Shown here in pieces: positions 17,218 to 27,164 of a DNA stretch of 64,000 nt (positions are counted from its first letter, which is position 1; each line of letters opens with the position of its first letter). The DNA comes from a virus: the IMG/VR virus record IMGVR_UViG_3300023180_000017; one strand, 5' to 3'. Position numbers and translations under genes: made by a program. The notes under the pieces are model-generated. The model was not told the DNA's origin, did not search any database, and was given only the letters and a program-made list of their open reading frames with translations.

Positions 17218-18864
17218 ATGGAAGATCAAACCTCTTACCACGGCAATCCCAATCTAAAGGCCGTCGGTTACCAACATCAATTCACCAAAGAACAATTACA
17301 AGAATATGTTAAGTGTAAAGAAGATCCAATCTACTTTATAGAAAACTTCTGTCAAATTATCACATTGGATAGAGGGTTACAACTCTTTAAATTATACGAT
17401 TGTCAAAAAACAAAAGTAGATATTATTCTAAAAAATCGTAAAGTTATCTTAATGGAGGGCAGACAGCAAGGTAAAACGGTTACAGCTGCAGCTTGTATTT
17501 TATGGTACACAATATTTCAGGAAGATAAAACAGTCGCTATAATGGGTAACAAGACGGCGGCTGCTAGAGAAGTATTATCTCGTTACCAAATTATGTATGA
17601 GAATTTACCAATATGGATGCAGCAAGGTGTAAAGACATGGAACAAGGGTGACGTTGAGTTAGAAAATAATTGTAAAGTTTTTACAGCAGCAACAACAACC
17701 TCAGGTATTCGAGGTAAATCTGTAAACTGGCTATACATTGATGAGGCGGCAATTATTCCAAACAATGTTGCAGACGAGTTTTTTGCTTCTGTTTATCCTA
17801 CTATTTCTGCTGGTGAGACAACAAAAATTCTTCTCACATCTACTCCATTGGGTTACAACCACTTCTGGAAGTTTTGGAACGAATCAGAAAAGAATGCTAA
17901 TGGGTTTGTAAATCATTTTATTCACTATAGCGAGATTCCAGGAAGAGACGAGAAGTGGGCAGAAGAACAATTTAAACTTCTTGGCGAGCTAAAATTCAAC
18001 CAAGAGGTTTTATGTGAATTTTTAGGGTCATCTAATACACTTATTAATGCTAGAACTATTGCTAATTTAAGTTCAATTGATCCTGTTTTTCAAAATAATG
18101 GTTTGGATATATATGAAGAGCCTAAAGAAAATAGGTTCTATGCTATAACGGTAGACACTGCTAGGGGTATAGGTGGAGATTATTCCGCCTTTGTTGTTTT
18201 TGATATAACAGAAATGCCCTATAAGGTTGTAGCAAAGTATAGAGATAACAAGATCGCACCTATGTTATACCCAGAAGTGGTATCTAAGGTGGGAAAAGAT
18301 TATAATAATGCTTATGTCTTAGTAGAAACAAACGACATAGGCCAACAAGTCGTACAAATATTACATGAGGAAATAGAATACGATAATATTTTTAGTACAG
18401 TAACCGAGAAAGGACGACAGTTTGTGTCTCCTGGTTTTGGAAGAACTACTAAATTAGGAGTAACTACTTCTAAACAAGTAAAGAGACAGGGGTGTTTTGC
18501 TTTTAAATCTTTAATGGAAGAGCAAAAACTTCTATGTTTTGACGCAGACATTATACATGAGATGTCAACGTTTGTTGAAAAAGGTAATACTTATCAGGCA
18601 GATGAAGGATATCACGATGATTGTGTAATGTGTATGGTATTATTTGGTTGGTTATCTGCTAATCCTTTTTTTAAGGAATTAACAGATGTAAACACTAGAG
18701 AGGGATTATATAACCAGCAAATGAAAAGTATTCAGCAAAATCTTACGCCATTTGTTATGCGTAAGTCAAATGATGAGCCAGAAGGAGAAGTTATTGGCGG
18801 AGACTACTGGTTGTTGGACGAAGAATACGCAAAAAAAGTACAGGAATTAGGACTTAAATTTTAA
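17218..18864 (+). CDS. gp17: Terminase large subunit gp17
   Basis: YHGNPNLK; RQQGKT Walker A; YIDEAA Walker B; STPLG; HDDCVM. Confidence 0.96.
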   Translation: MEDQTSYHGNPNLKAVGYQHQFTKEQLQEYVKCKEDPIYFIENFCQIITLDRGLQLFKLYDCQKTKVDIILKNRKVILMEGRQQGKTVTAAACILWYTIFQEDKTVAIMGNKTAAAREVLSRYQIMYENLPIWMQQGVKTWNKGDVELENNCKVFTAATTTSGIRGKSVNWLYIDEAAIIPNNVADEFFASVYPTISAGETTKILLTSTPLGYNHFWKFWNESEKNANGFVNHFIHYSEIPGRDEKWAEEQFKLLGELKFNQEVLCEFLGSSNTLINARTIANLSSIDPVFQNNGLDIYEEPKENRFYAITVDTARGIGGDYSAFVVFDITEMPYKVVAKYRDNKIAPMLYPEVVSKVGKDYNNAYVLVETNDIGQQVVQILHEEIEYDNIFSTVTEKGRQFVSPGFGRTTKLGVTTSKQVKRQGCFAFKSLMEEQKLLCFDADIIHEMSTFVEKGNTYQADEGYHDDCVMCMVLFGWLSANPFFKELTDVNTREGLYNQQMKSIQQNLTPFVMRKSNDEPEGEVIGGDYWLLDEEYAKKVQELGLKF

Positions 18865-18868
18865 TTTT

Positions 18869-18876
18869 TATAAATA
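18869..18876 (+). promoter_or_regulatory. T4-type late promoter (gp18)
   Basis: TATAAATA. Confidence 0.8.
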
Positions 18877-18926
18877 ATTGAATGAAACAAAACTTGTGTC
18901 ATTCATAATAAACCGAGGAGAAAAAC

Positions 18927-20621
18927 ATGGCTTTTCAGCTATCACCAGGCGTACTCGTTACAGAAAAGGATTTAACTACTGTAGTACCTGCGGTCGCTAC
19001 CACATCTGGCGGCATCTGTGGTTATTTCAAGTGGGGTCCAGTTGGCGAGATTCGCACTATAGATTCAGAAAATAATTTAAGAAAATACTTTGGTGTTCCT
19101 GACAATGACGTAGCAGATGTATGGTTTACAGCTGCTTCTTTCCTTGCTTATGGCAACAACCTTCAGGTTGTGCGTAAAGTTGGAAGCACTGCTTTAAATG
19201 CTACAGCATCTGGAGCAGGCGTACTTGTATCGAACGCTGATGATTACGCTTTTAACCACGCCGGCGGAAATAATTCTGTTGGTATGTGGGCAGCAAAATT
19301 CCCAGGAACCTTAGGCAATAGCATTAAGGTATCCTTCGCAGACAGCGCAACTTTTAGCACGTGGACTTATGCAGGTAACTTCGATTACACTCCAGGTACC
19401 ACAGCTTCTGCTACAGCAGCAGGCGGTTCTCAAGATGAGATGCACGTTATCGTCATTGACGAAGACGGAGCTATTACAGGAGTCGCAGGCACAATCCTAG
19501 AAAAATTTGCAGGATTGTCTAAAGCAGTAGACGCTACAAACTCTGTGGGCGAAACTAACTATTATAAAAATGTTCTTAATCGTGAAAGTGAGTGGATTCA
19601 CTGGATGGATCACCCAGCCAAGAAAGATGCTTCTGCATCTAACTGGGGTTCTACCATGGCAGGAACAACGTTCCAGGTCTTGGACGATACGGACATTGCA
19701 CCATCTGTAGCAGATGCTTCTTTACAAGCAGGCGCAGATGCAGCTCCTAGCGACGGAGATCTTCAGAATGGTTACGAACTATTTGCTAATGATGAGCAGG
19801 TAGACGTTTCCTTGATCATGGCCGCAGGACATAGCATTACAGTAGGTAAGTGGATTCAGGACAATGTTTCTACAGTAAGAAAAGACTGTTTAACATTTGT
19901 TTCACCTCAGAGATCTAGCGTAGTAAACAACGCAGGTTCAGAGGCAGCAGACATTGTTTCTGATAGAAATTCTTACACTACAACATCTTACTCCGTTATG
20001 GACAGTGGATGGAAAGTAATGTACGACAGATACAACGACATTTATAGAACTGTTCCTTGTAACGGTGACACCGCAGGACTTTGTGTTATTACTGACACAG
20101 TAGCAGATCCTTGGTATTCGCCAGCAGGTTACAACAGAGGTCAAATTAAGAATGCTGTTAAACTAGCTTACTCACCTAAGAAAACAGACAGAGATACAAT
20201 TTACAAAGCAGGCGTTAACCCGATTGTTGGTTTCCCTGGCTCTGGCATCCTGTTATTTGGTGACAGAACTATGTTAGACAAGCCTTCCGCTTTCGACAGA
20301 ATCAACGTTAGAAGATTGTTTATTGTATTAGAAAAAGCAATAGCTACAGCAGCTAAGTTCCAGCTATTTGAATTTAACGATGCTTTCACAAGAGCACAGT
20401 TCACTAGCTTAGTAGAGCCTTTCTTGAGAGACGTTCAAGGCAGAAAAGGTTTATATGACTTTAAAGTGGTATGTAATGAAAACAACAATACTCAAGAAGT
20501 AATTGACAGACAAGAGTTTGTTGCAGACATTTACTTGAAGCCTGCGAAGTCTATTAACTTTATTCAACTTAACTTCATCGCAACAAGAACAGGAGTTTCT
20601 TTTGAGGAAGTTGGCGCTTAA
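18927..20621 (+). CDS. gp18: Tail sheath protein gp18
   Basis: MAFQLSPGV...EKDLT; PWYSPAGYNRGQI; FDRINVRRLF; KPAKSINFIQLNF. Confidence 0.96.
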   Translation: MAFQLSPGVLVTEKDLTTVVPAVATTSGGICGYFKWGPVGEIRTIDSENNLRKYFGVPDNDVADVWFTAASFLAYGNNLQVVRKVGSTALNATASGAGVLVSNADDYAFNHAGGNNSVGMWAAKFPGTLGNSIKVSFADSATFSTWTYAGNFDYTPGTTASATAAGGSQDEMHVIVIDEDGAITGVAGTILEKFAGLSKAVDATNSVGETNYYKNVLNRESEWIHWMDHPAKKDASASNWGSTMAGTTFQVLDDTDIAPSVADASLQAGADAAPSDGDLQNGYELFANDEQVDVSLIMAAGHSITVGKWIQDNVSTVRKDCLTFVSPQRSSVVNNAGSEAADIVSDRNSYTTTSYSVMDSGWKVMYDRYNDIYRTVPCNGDTAGLCVITDTVADPWYSPAGYNRGQIKNAVKLAYSPKKTDRDTIYKAGVNPIVGFPGSGILLFGDRTMLDKPSAFDRINVRRLFIVLEKAIATAAKFQLFEFNDAFTRAQFTSLVEPFLRDVQGRKGLYDFKVVCNENNNTQEVIDRQEFVADIYLKPAKSINFIQLNFIATRTGVSFEEVGA

Positions 20622-20625
20622 GGGT

Positions 20626-20633
20626 TATAAATA
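20626..20633 (+). promoter_or_regulatory. T4-type late promoter (gp19)
   Basis: TATAAATA. Confidence 0.8.
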
Positions 20634-20654
20634 AAAAGTAAATAGGAGACATTA

Positions 20655-21170
20655 ATGAATATTTCAGAATTTAAAGCCCGACTTGGCGCAGGTGGAGCAC
20701 GTCCTAATCAGTTTAGGGTGTTATTAGGCTTCCCTAGTTATGTTCCAGGCGTTGATCCGTCATATAGCTTATTGGTTACAGGTGCAGCACTTCCTGCTTC
20801 AACTGTTAACCCAGCTATTATACAGTACAGAGGTCGTGAAGTAAAATTGGCAGGCGAAAGAATTTTCGATCCGTGGACAATTACTATTGTAAACGACACA
20901 AGCCAGTCTTTAAGACAAGCTTTCGAACTCTGGATGGAAGGGATGAACGGCAAAGAAGATAACGAAGGTACTCTAAATCCATCAGATTACCAAGCCGATA
21001 TCGTAGTTCAGCACTTGGACCGTAACGACGATGTATTGCCAGGCGGCACATATACATTAAGAAGTGCATTTCCGATTCAAATGTCAGAAATTGCACTCCA
21101 GTATGCACAGAACGATATTATCGAAGAGTTTACAGTTACATTCCAGTACCAGAATTACGACGTCGTTTAA
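20655..21170 (+). CDS. gp19: Tail tube protein gp19
   Basis: GGARPNQFRV; YRGREVKLAGERIFDPWTITI; IEEFTVTFQY. Confidence 0.95.
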   Translation: MNISEFKARLGAGGARPNQFRVLLGFPSYVPGVDPSYSLLVTGAALPASTVNPAIIQYRGREVKLAGERIFDPWTITIVNDTSQSLRQAFELWMEGMNGKEDNEGTLNPSDYQADIVVQHLDRNDDVLPGGTYTLRSAFPIQMSEIALQYAQNDIIEEFTVTFQYQNYDVV

Positions 21171-21195
21171 GGCGACCGTAAGAGTTTAATATAAT

Positions 21196-22713
21196 ATGAA
21201 GATTTTTGGGTTTAACATAACTCGAGAGAAGATGCCACAAAGTGAGAAATCCTTTGTGGCTCCTTCCGACGAGGGCTCAGTAGAGAGCATTAGAGCCGGT
21301 GGCTATTACGGCACCTATCTAGATATAGAAGGGGTTGCTAATAATGAAGCCGAGCTTATTAAAAGGTATAGAGACATATCCTTAATGGCTGACGTGGATG
21401 CTGCCATTGAGGATATTGTCAATGATAGTCTAAGTAATTTAGAAGATGAAGATCCAATTACTTTAAATTTGGATAAGGTACAATTAAGTGCTTCTGTTAA
21501 AAAACAAATTCTAGCAGAGTTTGAAAATATAACAGATATTTTAGATTTTAAAAATAGAGCACAGGATTACTTTAGACGTTGGTACATTGATGGAAGAATG
21601 TACTTCCACAAAGTTATCGACATGGAAAAGCCTCGGCAAGGTATTAGGGACATTAGATATATTGACCCTAGAAAAATTACAAAGGTCCGAGAAGTTAAAA
21701 AAGAAAAGAACGCAGATGGTATACAGTTTGTTAAGAGTGTAGAAGAGTTCTTTATTTTTAATGACAAAGGCATTGCTAATAAGCCAGGACAATATAAGGC
21801 CACAGCTAACGATCAGGCCTTAAAGATTACTAAAGACGCGATAACATACGCGCCAAGTGGATTAGTAGATCAAGATAAAGGAATTGCTTTATCTTACTTA
21901 CATAAGGCAATAAGGCCCGCTAATCAACTTAGAATGATGGAAAACGCTGTTGTAATTTATCGTATTACAAGGGCGCCAGAACGAAGGATATTTTATGTAG
22001 ATGTTGGTAACTTGCCAGCGCAAAAGGCAGAACAATATCTAAAAGACATTATGGATCGTTATCGTAATAAGTTAGTATACGATGCATCCACTGGCGAGAT
22101 TAGAGACGATAAGAAGTTTATGTCTATGTTGGAAGATTTTTGGCTTCCACGTAGAGAAGGTAGCAACGGCACAAATATAGACACACTCCCCGCCGGACAA
22201 AACTTGGGGCAGATTGAGGACGTTGAATACTTTCAAAAGAAATTGTATCAGTCTTTAAATGTTCCGGTTTCTCGCCTACAGCAGCAAGCAGGTTTAAACT
22301 TTGGCAGAGCTGCAGAAATTAATAGAGACGAATTAAAATTTACAAAGTTCGTTGCTAAGTTAAGAAATAAATTTGCTATCATCTTTGATGACTTGCTTAA
22401 GACACAATTAGTTTTAAAGAAAGTAATTACAGAAGAAGATTGGAAATCTATCAGAGATGACATTATATACGAATTTGCTTCTGACGCTTATTATACAGAG
22501 TCAAAAAATCAAGAAATTTTAAGAAGCAGGGTAGAAGTTTTAAACGGGGTGTCTAGTTATATAGGCACATTGTACAGCAAAAAGTATGTACAAAAAAATA
22601 TTTTAATGCTAACAGATGAAGAGATTGAAGAAATGGAAAGAGAGATGATGTTAGAACAGCCTCTTAATCCAGATCAAGAAGGAGAAGATAATGGACCAAC
22701 AACAGGCGATTAA
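21196..22713 (+). CDS. gp20: Portal protein gp20
   Basis: LSYLHKAI..ANQLRMME.AVVIYRITRAPERRIFYVDVGNLP; EDFWLPRREG. Confidence 0.97.
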   Translation: MKIFGFNITREKMPQSEKSFVAPSDEGSVESIRAGGYYGTYLDIEGVANNEAELIKRYRDISLMADVDAAIEDIVNDSLSNLEDEDPITLNLDKVQLSASVKKQILAEFENITDILDFKNRAQDYFRRWYIDGRMYFHKVIDMEKPRQGIRDIRYIDPRKITKVREVKKEKNADGIQFVKSVEEFFIFNDKGIANKPGQYKATANDQALKITKDAITYAPSGLVDQDKGIALSYLHKAIRPANQLRMMENAVVIYRITRAPERRIFYVDVGNLPAQKAEQYLKDIMDRYRNKLVYDASTGEIRDDKKFMSMLEDFWLPRREGSNGTNIDTLPAGQNLGQIEDVEYFQKKLYQSLNVPVSRLQQQAGLNFGRAAEINRDELKFTKFVAKLRNKFAIIFDDLLKTQLVLKKVITEEDWKSIRDDIIYEFASDAYYTESKNQEILRSRVEVLNGVSSYIGTLYSKKYVQKNILMLTDEEIEEMEREMMLEQPLNPDQEGEDNGPTTGD

Positions 22714-22969
22714 AGATATGATGGACAGCATTGCTAGTGGAAAAGCTAGTGAGGTCCAGGACAAGTTTAATTCAATTATGCAGGATAGAGCTAATAATGC
22801 TATCAATGATTTTAAGGCAGAATTAGCTTCATCCGTATTTAAAAATCCAGATTTGCAAGCAATGGGTTTGGCAGACGGCGAGGAACACATACATGAAGTG
22901 GACCCAGCCGCAGAACCTGAAACTGTGGATCTAGACCAACAAACAGGAGACGACGATGAAGACGTTTAA
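22691..22969 (+). CDS. Prohead core protein (gp67-like)
   Basis: Small acidic protein directly after the portal gene, at the syntenic position. Confidence 0.6.
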   Translation: MDQQQAIKDMMDSIASGKASEVQDKFNSIMQDRANNAINDFKAELASSVFKNPDLQAMGLADGEEHIHEVDPAAEPETVDLDQQTGDDDEDV

Positions 22970-23255
22970 AGATTTTAGAAATGGTGTTGAAGTAGATGAC
23001 ATCGCTGAGGCACCTGTTGATGGCGTAGAGAAAGGTTCTTTGCCAGGCGATCAACACATGTGCGCAAGCAAAATTTTCCACAAAGAGTGGAAAGAGGGTA
23101 CACCTATTTTAGGGGAACATGCACAACCAGATGACTTGGGGCATGTTTCTTGGTACAAAGTAATGTTTGAGCATGGAGTAGAAACCGTAGAGATAGACGA
23201 TCCAGATGTAGAAGTTTTGGAAGAAGGCTCTCACGGTAATCATAAGAAGAAGTAA
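22956..23255 (+). CDS. Head-module hypothetical protein
   Basis: MKTFKDFR..E N-terminus typical of T4-like capsid-internal proteins. Confidence 0.6.
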   Translation: MKTFKDFRNGVEVDDIAEAPVDGVEKGSLPGDQHMCASKIFHKEWKEGTPILGEHAQPDDLGHVSWYKVMFEHGVETVEIDDPDVEVLEEGSHGNHKKK

Positions 23256-23277
23256 TTAATAACCGGGAGACACATAG

Positions 23278-23667
23278 ATGGCATTCGCTAGTTCTAATTT
23301 AAAGTTGACACAAGTCCAAGCCGTCGTCAGAGTCAGCGGAACTGGCGGGGACACAGGGACAATCGACTTGGATGTTGATATCAAAAAGGCATCCGAAACG
23401 GTAGGCACACCAGAAGTAAACATTACAAAGATACACTGGTACTGCGATAAAAACTCTGCAATTACAATTGCTAGAAACGGCACAACTATTGCACACTTGC
23501 ACGGTGTAGGGTTTACCGATTGGTATGGTTTCGTTGAGAACACAGAAAACACATCAGACATTGACATTAATATTTCTAATGGTGATGCAGTTCTCATTCT
23601 CGAACTTAACAAATCCGCAGGTTATGGATCACAACAGCATCAAGGTGCTTTAGGGAGTTTAGGATAA
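23278..23667 (+). CDS. Head-module hypothetical (beta-rich) protein
   Basis: 129 aa with SD GGAG, between the portal and the protease genes. Confidence 0.6.
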   Translation: MAFASSNLKLTQVQAVVRVSGTGGDTGTIDLDVDIKKASETVGTPEVNITKIHWYCDKNSAITIARNGTTIAHLHGVGFTDWYGFVENTENTSDIDINISNGDAVLILELNKSAGYGSQQHQGALGSLG

Positions 23668-23668
23668 C

Positions 23669-24331
23669 ATGAAACTTATTACAGAAGTAACAGAAGAAAT
23701 TAAATACCTTTCTGAGTTAAATGAAGAGACAGGTAAGAAGTCTTACTTTATTGAAGGGCCTTTCTTACAGTCTAACATTACAAACAGAAATGGACGTATG
23801 TATCCTAGAGAGATCATGGAGAAAGAGGTTGCACGTTACACTAAAGAGAACATCGATAAAAAACGTGCCTACGGCGAACTTGGTCACCCTGATGGTCCTA
23901 CAATTAATTTAGATAGAGTTTCACATATGATTGTCGGTCTAAAAGAGGACGGAGACAATTTTATTGGAAAGGCAAAGATTCTTGACACGCCTATGGGTAG
24001 AATCGTCAAGGAACTTATAGACGAAGGTGCTAACCTTGGTGTTAGCTCAAGAGGGTTAGGTACTCTTAAAGAGACCAAGGATGGTGTTAACGAAGTCCAG
24101 GACGATTTTATGTTAGCAACAGCAGCAGACATTGTAGCTGACCCCTCAGCACCAGACGCCTTTGTACGTGGTATTATGGAGAATAAAGAGTGGGCTTTTG
24201 TTAATGGTGTTTGGAAAGAACAAGACGCTTATTTAGCACAGGAAGCCATTAAAAAGGCTCAGTCAAGAGAACTTGAGGCAACAAAGTTAAAAGTTTTTGA
24301 AAGTTTCTTGAATAAATTGTCCAAAATTTAA
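23669..24331 (+). CDS. gp21: Prohead protease gp21
   Basis: NRNGRMYP; GELGHPDGPTINLDRVSH; GVSSRGLG; DIVADPSAPDAFV. Confidence 0.96.
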   Translation: MKLITEVTEEIKYLSELNEETGKKSYFIEGPFLQSNITNRNGRMYPREIMEKEVARYTKENIDKKRAYGELGHPDGPTINLDRVSHMIVGLKEDGDNFIGKAKILDTPMGRIVKELIDEGANLGVSSRGLGTLKETKDGVNEVQDDFMLATAADIVADPSAPDAFVRGIMENKEWAFVNGVWKEQDAYLAQEAIKKAQSRELEATKLKVFESFLNKLSKI

Positions 24332-24336
24332 ATAAA

Positions 24337-24344
24337 TATAAATA
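24337..24344 (+). promoter_or_regulatory. T4-type late promoter (gp22)
   Basis: TATAAATA. Confidence 0.8.
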
Positions 24345-24386
24345 TAATTTAGAAGTAAACTAAACAACCGTAAAAGGGAGAAAACA

Positions 24387-25571
24387 ATGGGAGTAGAATC
24401 CAAAATTAGAGAACTTATGGAGGGCGCCGCAAACCGTCCTTTAGATAAGCAGCAAGGTGATGCTACTAACCCTACCCAAGGCGATTCTAATCCAAATCCT
24501 GAAATGCAAGACCTTAGTGGTACTGGCAATGCAGAAGGCGGATTAACATCAGAGGTAGGAAAGGCAGCATCTGCTAAGTCTTCTAAAGACAATACTCTTC
24601 CAGCAGGACAAGGCGCTGGTAAGGCACCTAACTTCGACGATAAGGAAGACCCCAGAAAAGTTGTAGCTCAGTCTACATCTGCTGGTAACGTTCACCAAGA
24701 AGAAGTTGAAGAGTCAGAAGAAGAAGTTATTGTTGAAGACGAAGTTGTTGAAGCAGAAGCAGAAGAAGAAGTTTTGCAAGAAGATGAAGTTGAGGAAGTT
24801 GAAGCCGAAGCTGAAGAACTTGTAGAAGAAGACACTGATGAAGAAGCCGAAGCACTTTTCGAGGCTGACCTAGAAGCCTTGTTCGCAGACGAAGAACATC
24901 TCAGCGAAGAGTTCAAAGTTAAGGCCGCAAACATTTTTGAGGCAGTTTTAACAGCACGTGTCACATCAGAAGTCGAAGCTATTGAAGCCGAACTTACTGA
25001 ACAGTTTAACACAGAATTTGAAGCAGCTAAAGAAGGATTAGTTGAGAGCATCGACAAATACCTCTCTTATGTTACTGAGAACTGGATGAAGGAAAATGAG
25101 CTTGCACTTGAGAGTGGAATCAGAACAGAAGTTACTGAGTCCTTTATTAAGAGCATGCAACAGGTGTTCACAGAGCACTACATTGAACTTCCAGAAGAAA
25201 AATATGATGTTCTTGGTGAGATGCAGCAAAAGATCGACGAATTGGAATCTCGTTTAAACGAGCAAACCGAGAGCAACGTTGAACTTAGTAACGAAGCTAA
25301 CCAACTTAAGAAAGAAAGAGTTTTCGCTGAAGTAGCTGAAGACTTAGCTTCTACAGAGGCAGAGAAATTTGCATCGTTAGTAGAAGATATTTCTTATGGT
25401 AGCGAAGAGCTTTACAGACAGAAACTTACTGTAGTTAAGGAAAATTATTTCCCCAAAGAGCAGTCAGTTGATTCTGAGAAGTTAGAGGATACTGTTGAGG
25501 CTGAAGCTTTAGTTGAAAATAGTGTAATGTCTAGATACACAGCAGCTATTTCTAAGTCGCAAAAGTTTTAA
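24387..25571 (+). CDS. gp22: Prohead scaffold gp22
   Basis: Glu-rich; LSEEFK.KAA.IFEA; YLSYV.ENWM.ENELA.E.GIR.E; KENYF. Confidence 0.92.
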   Translation: MGVESKIRELMEGAANRPLDKQQGDATNPTQGDSNPNPEMQDLSGTGNAEGGLTSEVGKAASAKSSKDNTLPAGQGAGKAPNFDDKEDPRKVVAQSTSAGNVHQEEVEESEEEVIVEDEVVEAEAEEEVLQEDEVEEVEAEAEELVEEDTDEEAEALFEADLEALFADEEHLSEEFKVKAANIFEAVLTARVTSEVEAIEAELTEQFNTEFEAAKEGLVESIDKYLSYVTENWMKENELALESGIRTEVTESFIKSMQQVFTEHYIELPEEKYDVLGEMQQKIDELESRLNEQTESNVELSNEANQLKKERVFAEVAEDLASTEAEKFASLVEDISYGSEELYRQKLTVVKENYFPKEQSVDSEKLEDTVEAEALVENSVMSRYTAAISKSQKF

Positions 25572-25587
25572 TCAAAAAGTAATTTAT

Positions 25588-25595
25588 TATAAATA
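25588..25595 (+). promoter_or_regulatory. T4-type late promoter (gp23)
   Basis: TATAAATA. Confidence 0.8.
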
Positions 25596-25639
25596 AATAA
25601 GTTATATAATAGTAACTGTAAAAACAAGGAGAAATTTAA

Positions 25640-26905
25640 ATGTTTCTAACAGAAGAACTACAAAAAAAGTGGGAGCCAGTTTTAGCTCATCCTGATCTTT
25701 CTGAGATCAAAGATAGCTACAAAAAGGCAGTAACCACAGTTGTTCTCGAAAACCAAGAGAAAGCTCTTCGTGAAGAAAAGGCTGCTCTTTTCGAAGCAAC
25801 ACACGCAAACCAAACAGGTTCAAGCATTGATAACTATGATCCTATTTTGATCAGCTTAGTTAGACGTGCATTGCCTAATCTTATGGCTTATGATGTTTGT
25901 GGTGTTCAGCCAATGACTGGACCTACAGGCTTAATCTTTGCCATGAAGTCTCACTACTCTTCTCAGACAGGCACAGAAGCCCTGTTCAACGAAGCCGATA
26001 CAGACTTCTCTGGCGCAGGCACACATGCCGGCTCCAACCCTGTTGATGGTACTTACACAACAGGTAATGGTGTTTCTACTTCTACAGCAGAAGGTTTTGG
26101 TGACTCTACAACACTTAACGAAATGGCTTTCTCGATCGAGAAGACAACCGTTACAGCTAAGTCCAGAGCACTGAAAGCAGAATACACTGTTGAACTTGCA
26201 CAGGACCTTAAAGCTATTCATGGTCTTGATGCAGAATCAGAACTTTCTAACATCCTCTCTCAAGAGATCTTAGCTGAAATCAACAGAGAAGTTATTAGAA
26301 CTATTTACAAAGTAGCTAAAACAGGTTCTGCTTCTACAGCAACCCCTGGTACTTTTGACTTAGACGTTGATGCAAATGGACGTTGGTCAGTTGAAAGATT
26401 CAAGGGCTTATTGTTCAACATCGAAAGAGACGCTAACGTAATTGCACAAGACACACGTAGAGGAAAAGGTAACTTTATTATCTGTTCCGCAGACGTAGCT
26501 TCTGCAATGGCAATGGCAGGTGTACTTGACTACGCTCCAGCACTTTCAACTAACTTAAACGTTGATGACACAGGTAACACTTTCGCTGGTGTATTAAACG
26601 GTCGCTACAGAGTATACATTGATCCTTATTCTGCAAACACAGGCGCTGCTAGCCAGTTCTATGTTGTAGGTTACAAAGGAACTAGCCCTTATGACGCAGG
26701 TCTTTTCTACTGTCCGTATGTTCCTTTACAGATGGTCAGAGCAATTGATCCTAGCACATTCCAGCCTAAAATCGGTTTCAAAACTCGATATGGAATGATC
26801 GCTAACCCGTTTGTATTGGCATCCGATGGTTCTACAGACGCAGATAACTTTACTGCAGATAGAAACCAATACTACAGATCAGTTAAGGTTACAAACCTTA
26901 TGTAA
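25640..26905 (+). CDS. gp23: Major capsid protein gp23
   Basis: DPILISLVRRALPNLMAYDVCGVQPMTGPTGLIFAM; AKSRALKAEYTVELAQDLKAIHGLDAE; FQPKIGFKTRYG. Confidence 0.98.
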   Translation: MFLTEELQKKWEPVLAHPDLSEIKDSYKKAVTTVVLENQEKALREEKAALFEATHANQTGSSIDNYDPILISLVRRALPNLMAYDVCGVQPMTGPTGLIFAMKSHYSSQTGTEALFNEADTDFSGAGTHAGSNPVDGTYTTGNGVSTSTAEGFGDSTTLNEMAFSIEKTTVTAKSRALKAEYTVELAQDLKAIHGLDAESELSNILSQEILAEINREVIRTIYKVAKTGSASTATPGTFDLDVDANGRWSVERFKGLLFNIERDANVIAQDTRRGKGNFIICSADVASAMAMAGVLDYAPALSTNLNVDDTGNTFAGVLNGRYRVYIDPYSANTGAASQFYVVGYKGTSPYDAGLFYCPYVPLQMVRAIDPSTFQPKIGFKTRYGMIANPFVLASDGSTDADNFTADRNQYYRSVKVTNLM

Positions 26906-26941
26906 TAAAAATAAAAAGATTCCCCTAGGGAACATTTTTGA

Positions 26942-26967
26942 AGGGGGGCATTAGCCCCTCTTTTTTT
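26942..26967 (+). terminator. Intrinsic terminator after gp23
   Basis: AGGGGGGC-ATTA-GCCCCTCT stem followed by a T run. Confidence 0.85.
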
Positions 26968-26971
26968 GTTT

Positions 26972-26979
26972 TATAAATA
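26972..26979 (+). promoter_or_regulatory. T4-type late promoter
   Basis: TATAAATA immediately after the terminator. Confidence 0.8.
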
Positions 26980-27002
26980 ACGTTAGTTAAAGGAGTAATA
27001 TT

Positions 27003-27164
27003 ATGGCTAAACAATGGAACAGTGGTAAAGCAGTGATTAACCACGTTAAAAAAGCTACCTCGCAAGGTGTAGGTGGCAGAGGCAGGAGCGTAAAGTGCTC
27101 AATGTCTCATATGAACAAGCATAAAAAACGTTCATATAAAAAGTATAGAGGGCAAGGTAGGTAG
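27003..27164 (+). CDS. Small basic protein (53 aa) ending KKYRGQGR; below the ORF-track cutoff
   Basis: SD AAGGAG and a late promoter; MAKQWNSGKAVINHVKKATSQGVGGRGRSVKCSMSHMNKHKKRSYKKYRGQGR*. Confidence 0.85.
   Translation: MAKQWNSGKAVINHVKKATSQGVGGRGRSVKCSMSHMNKHKKRSYKKYRGQGR

Noticed and set aside
26920-26932. Small hairpin TTCCC-CTA-GGGAA after gp23
   Set aside because: Only a 5-bp stem next to a much stronger terminator; no independent function can be supported
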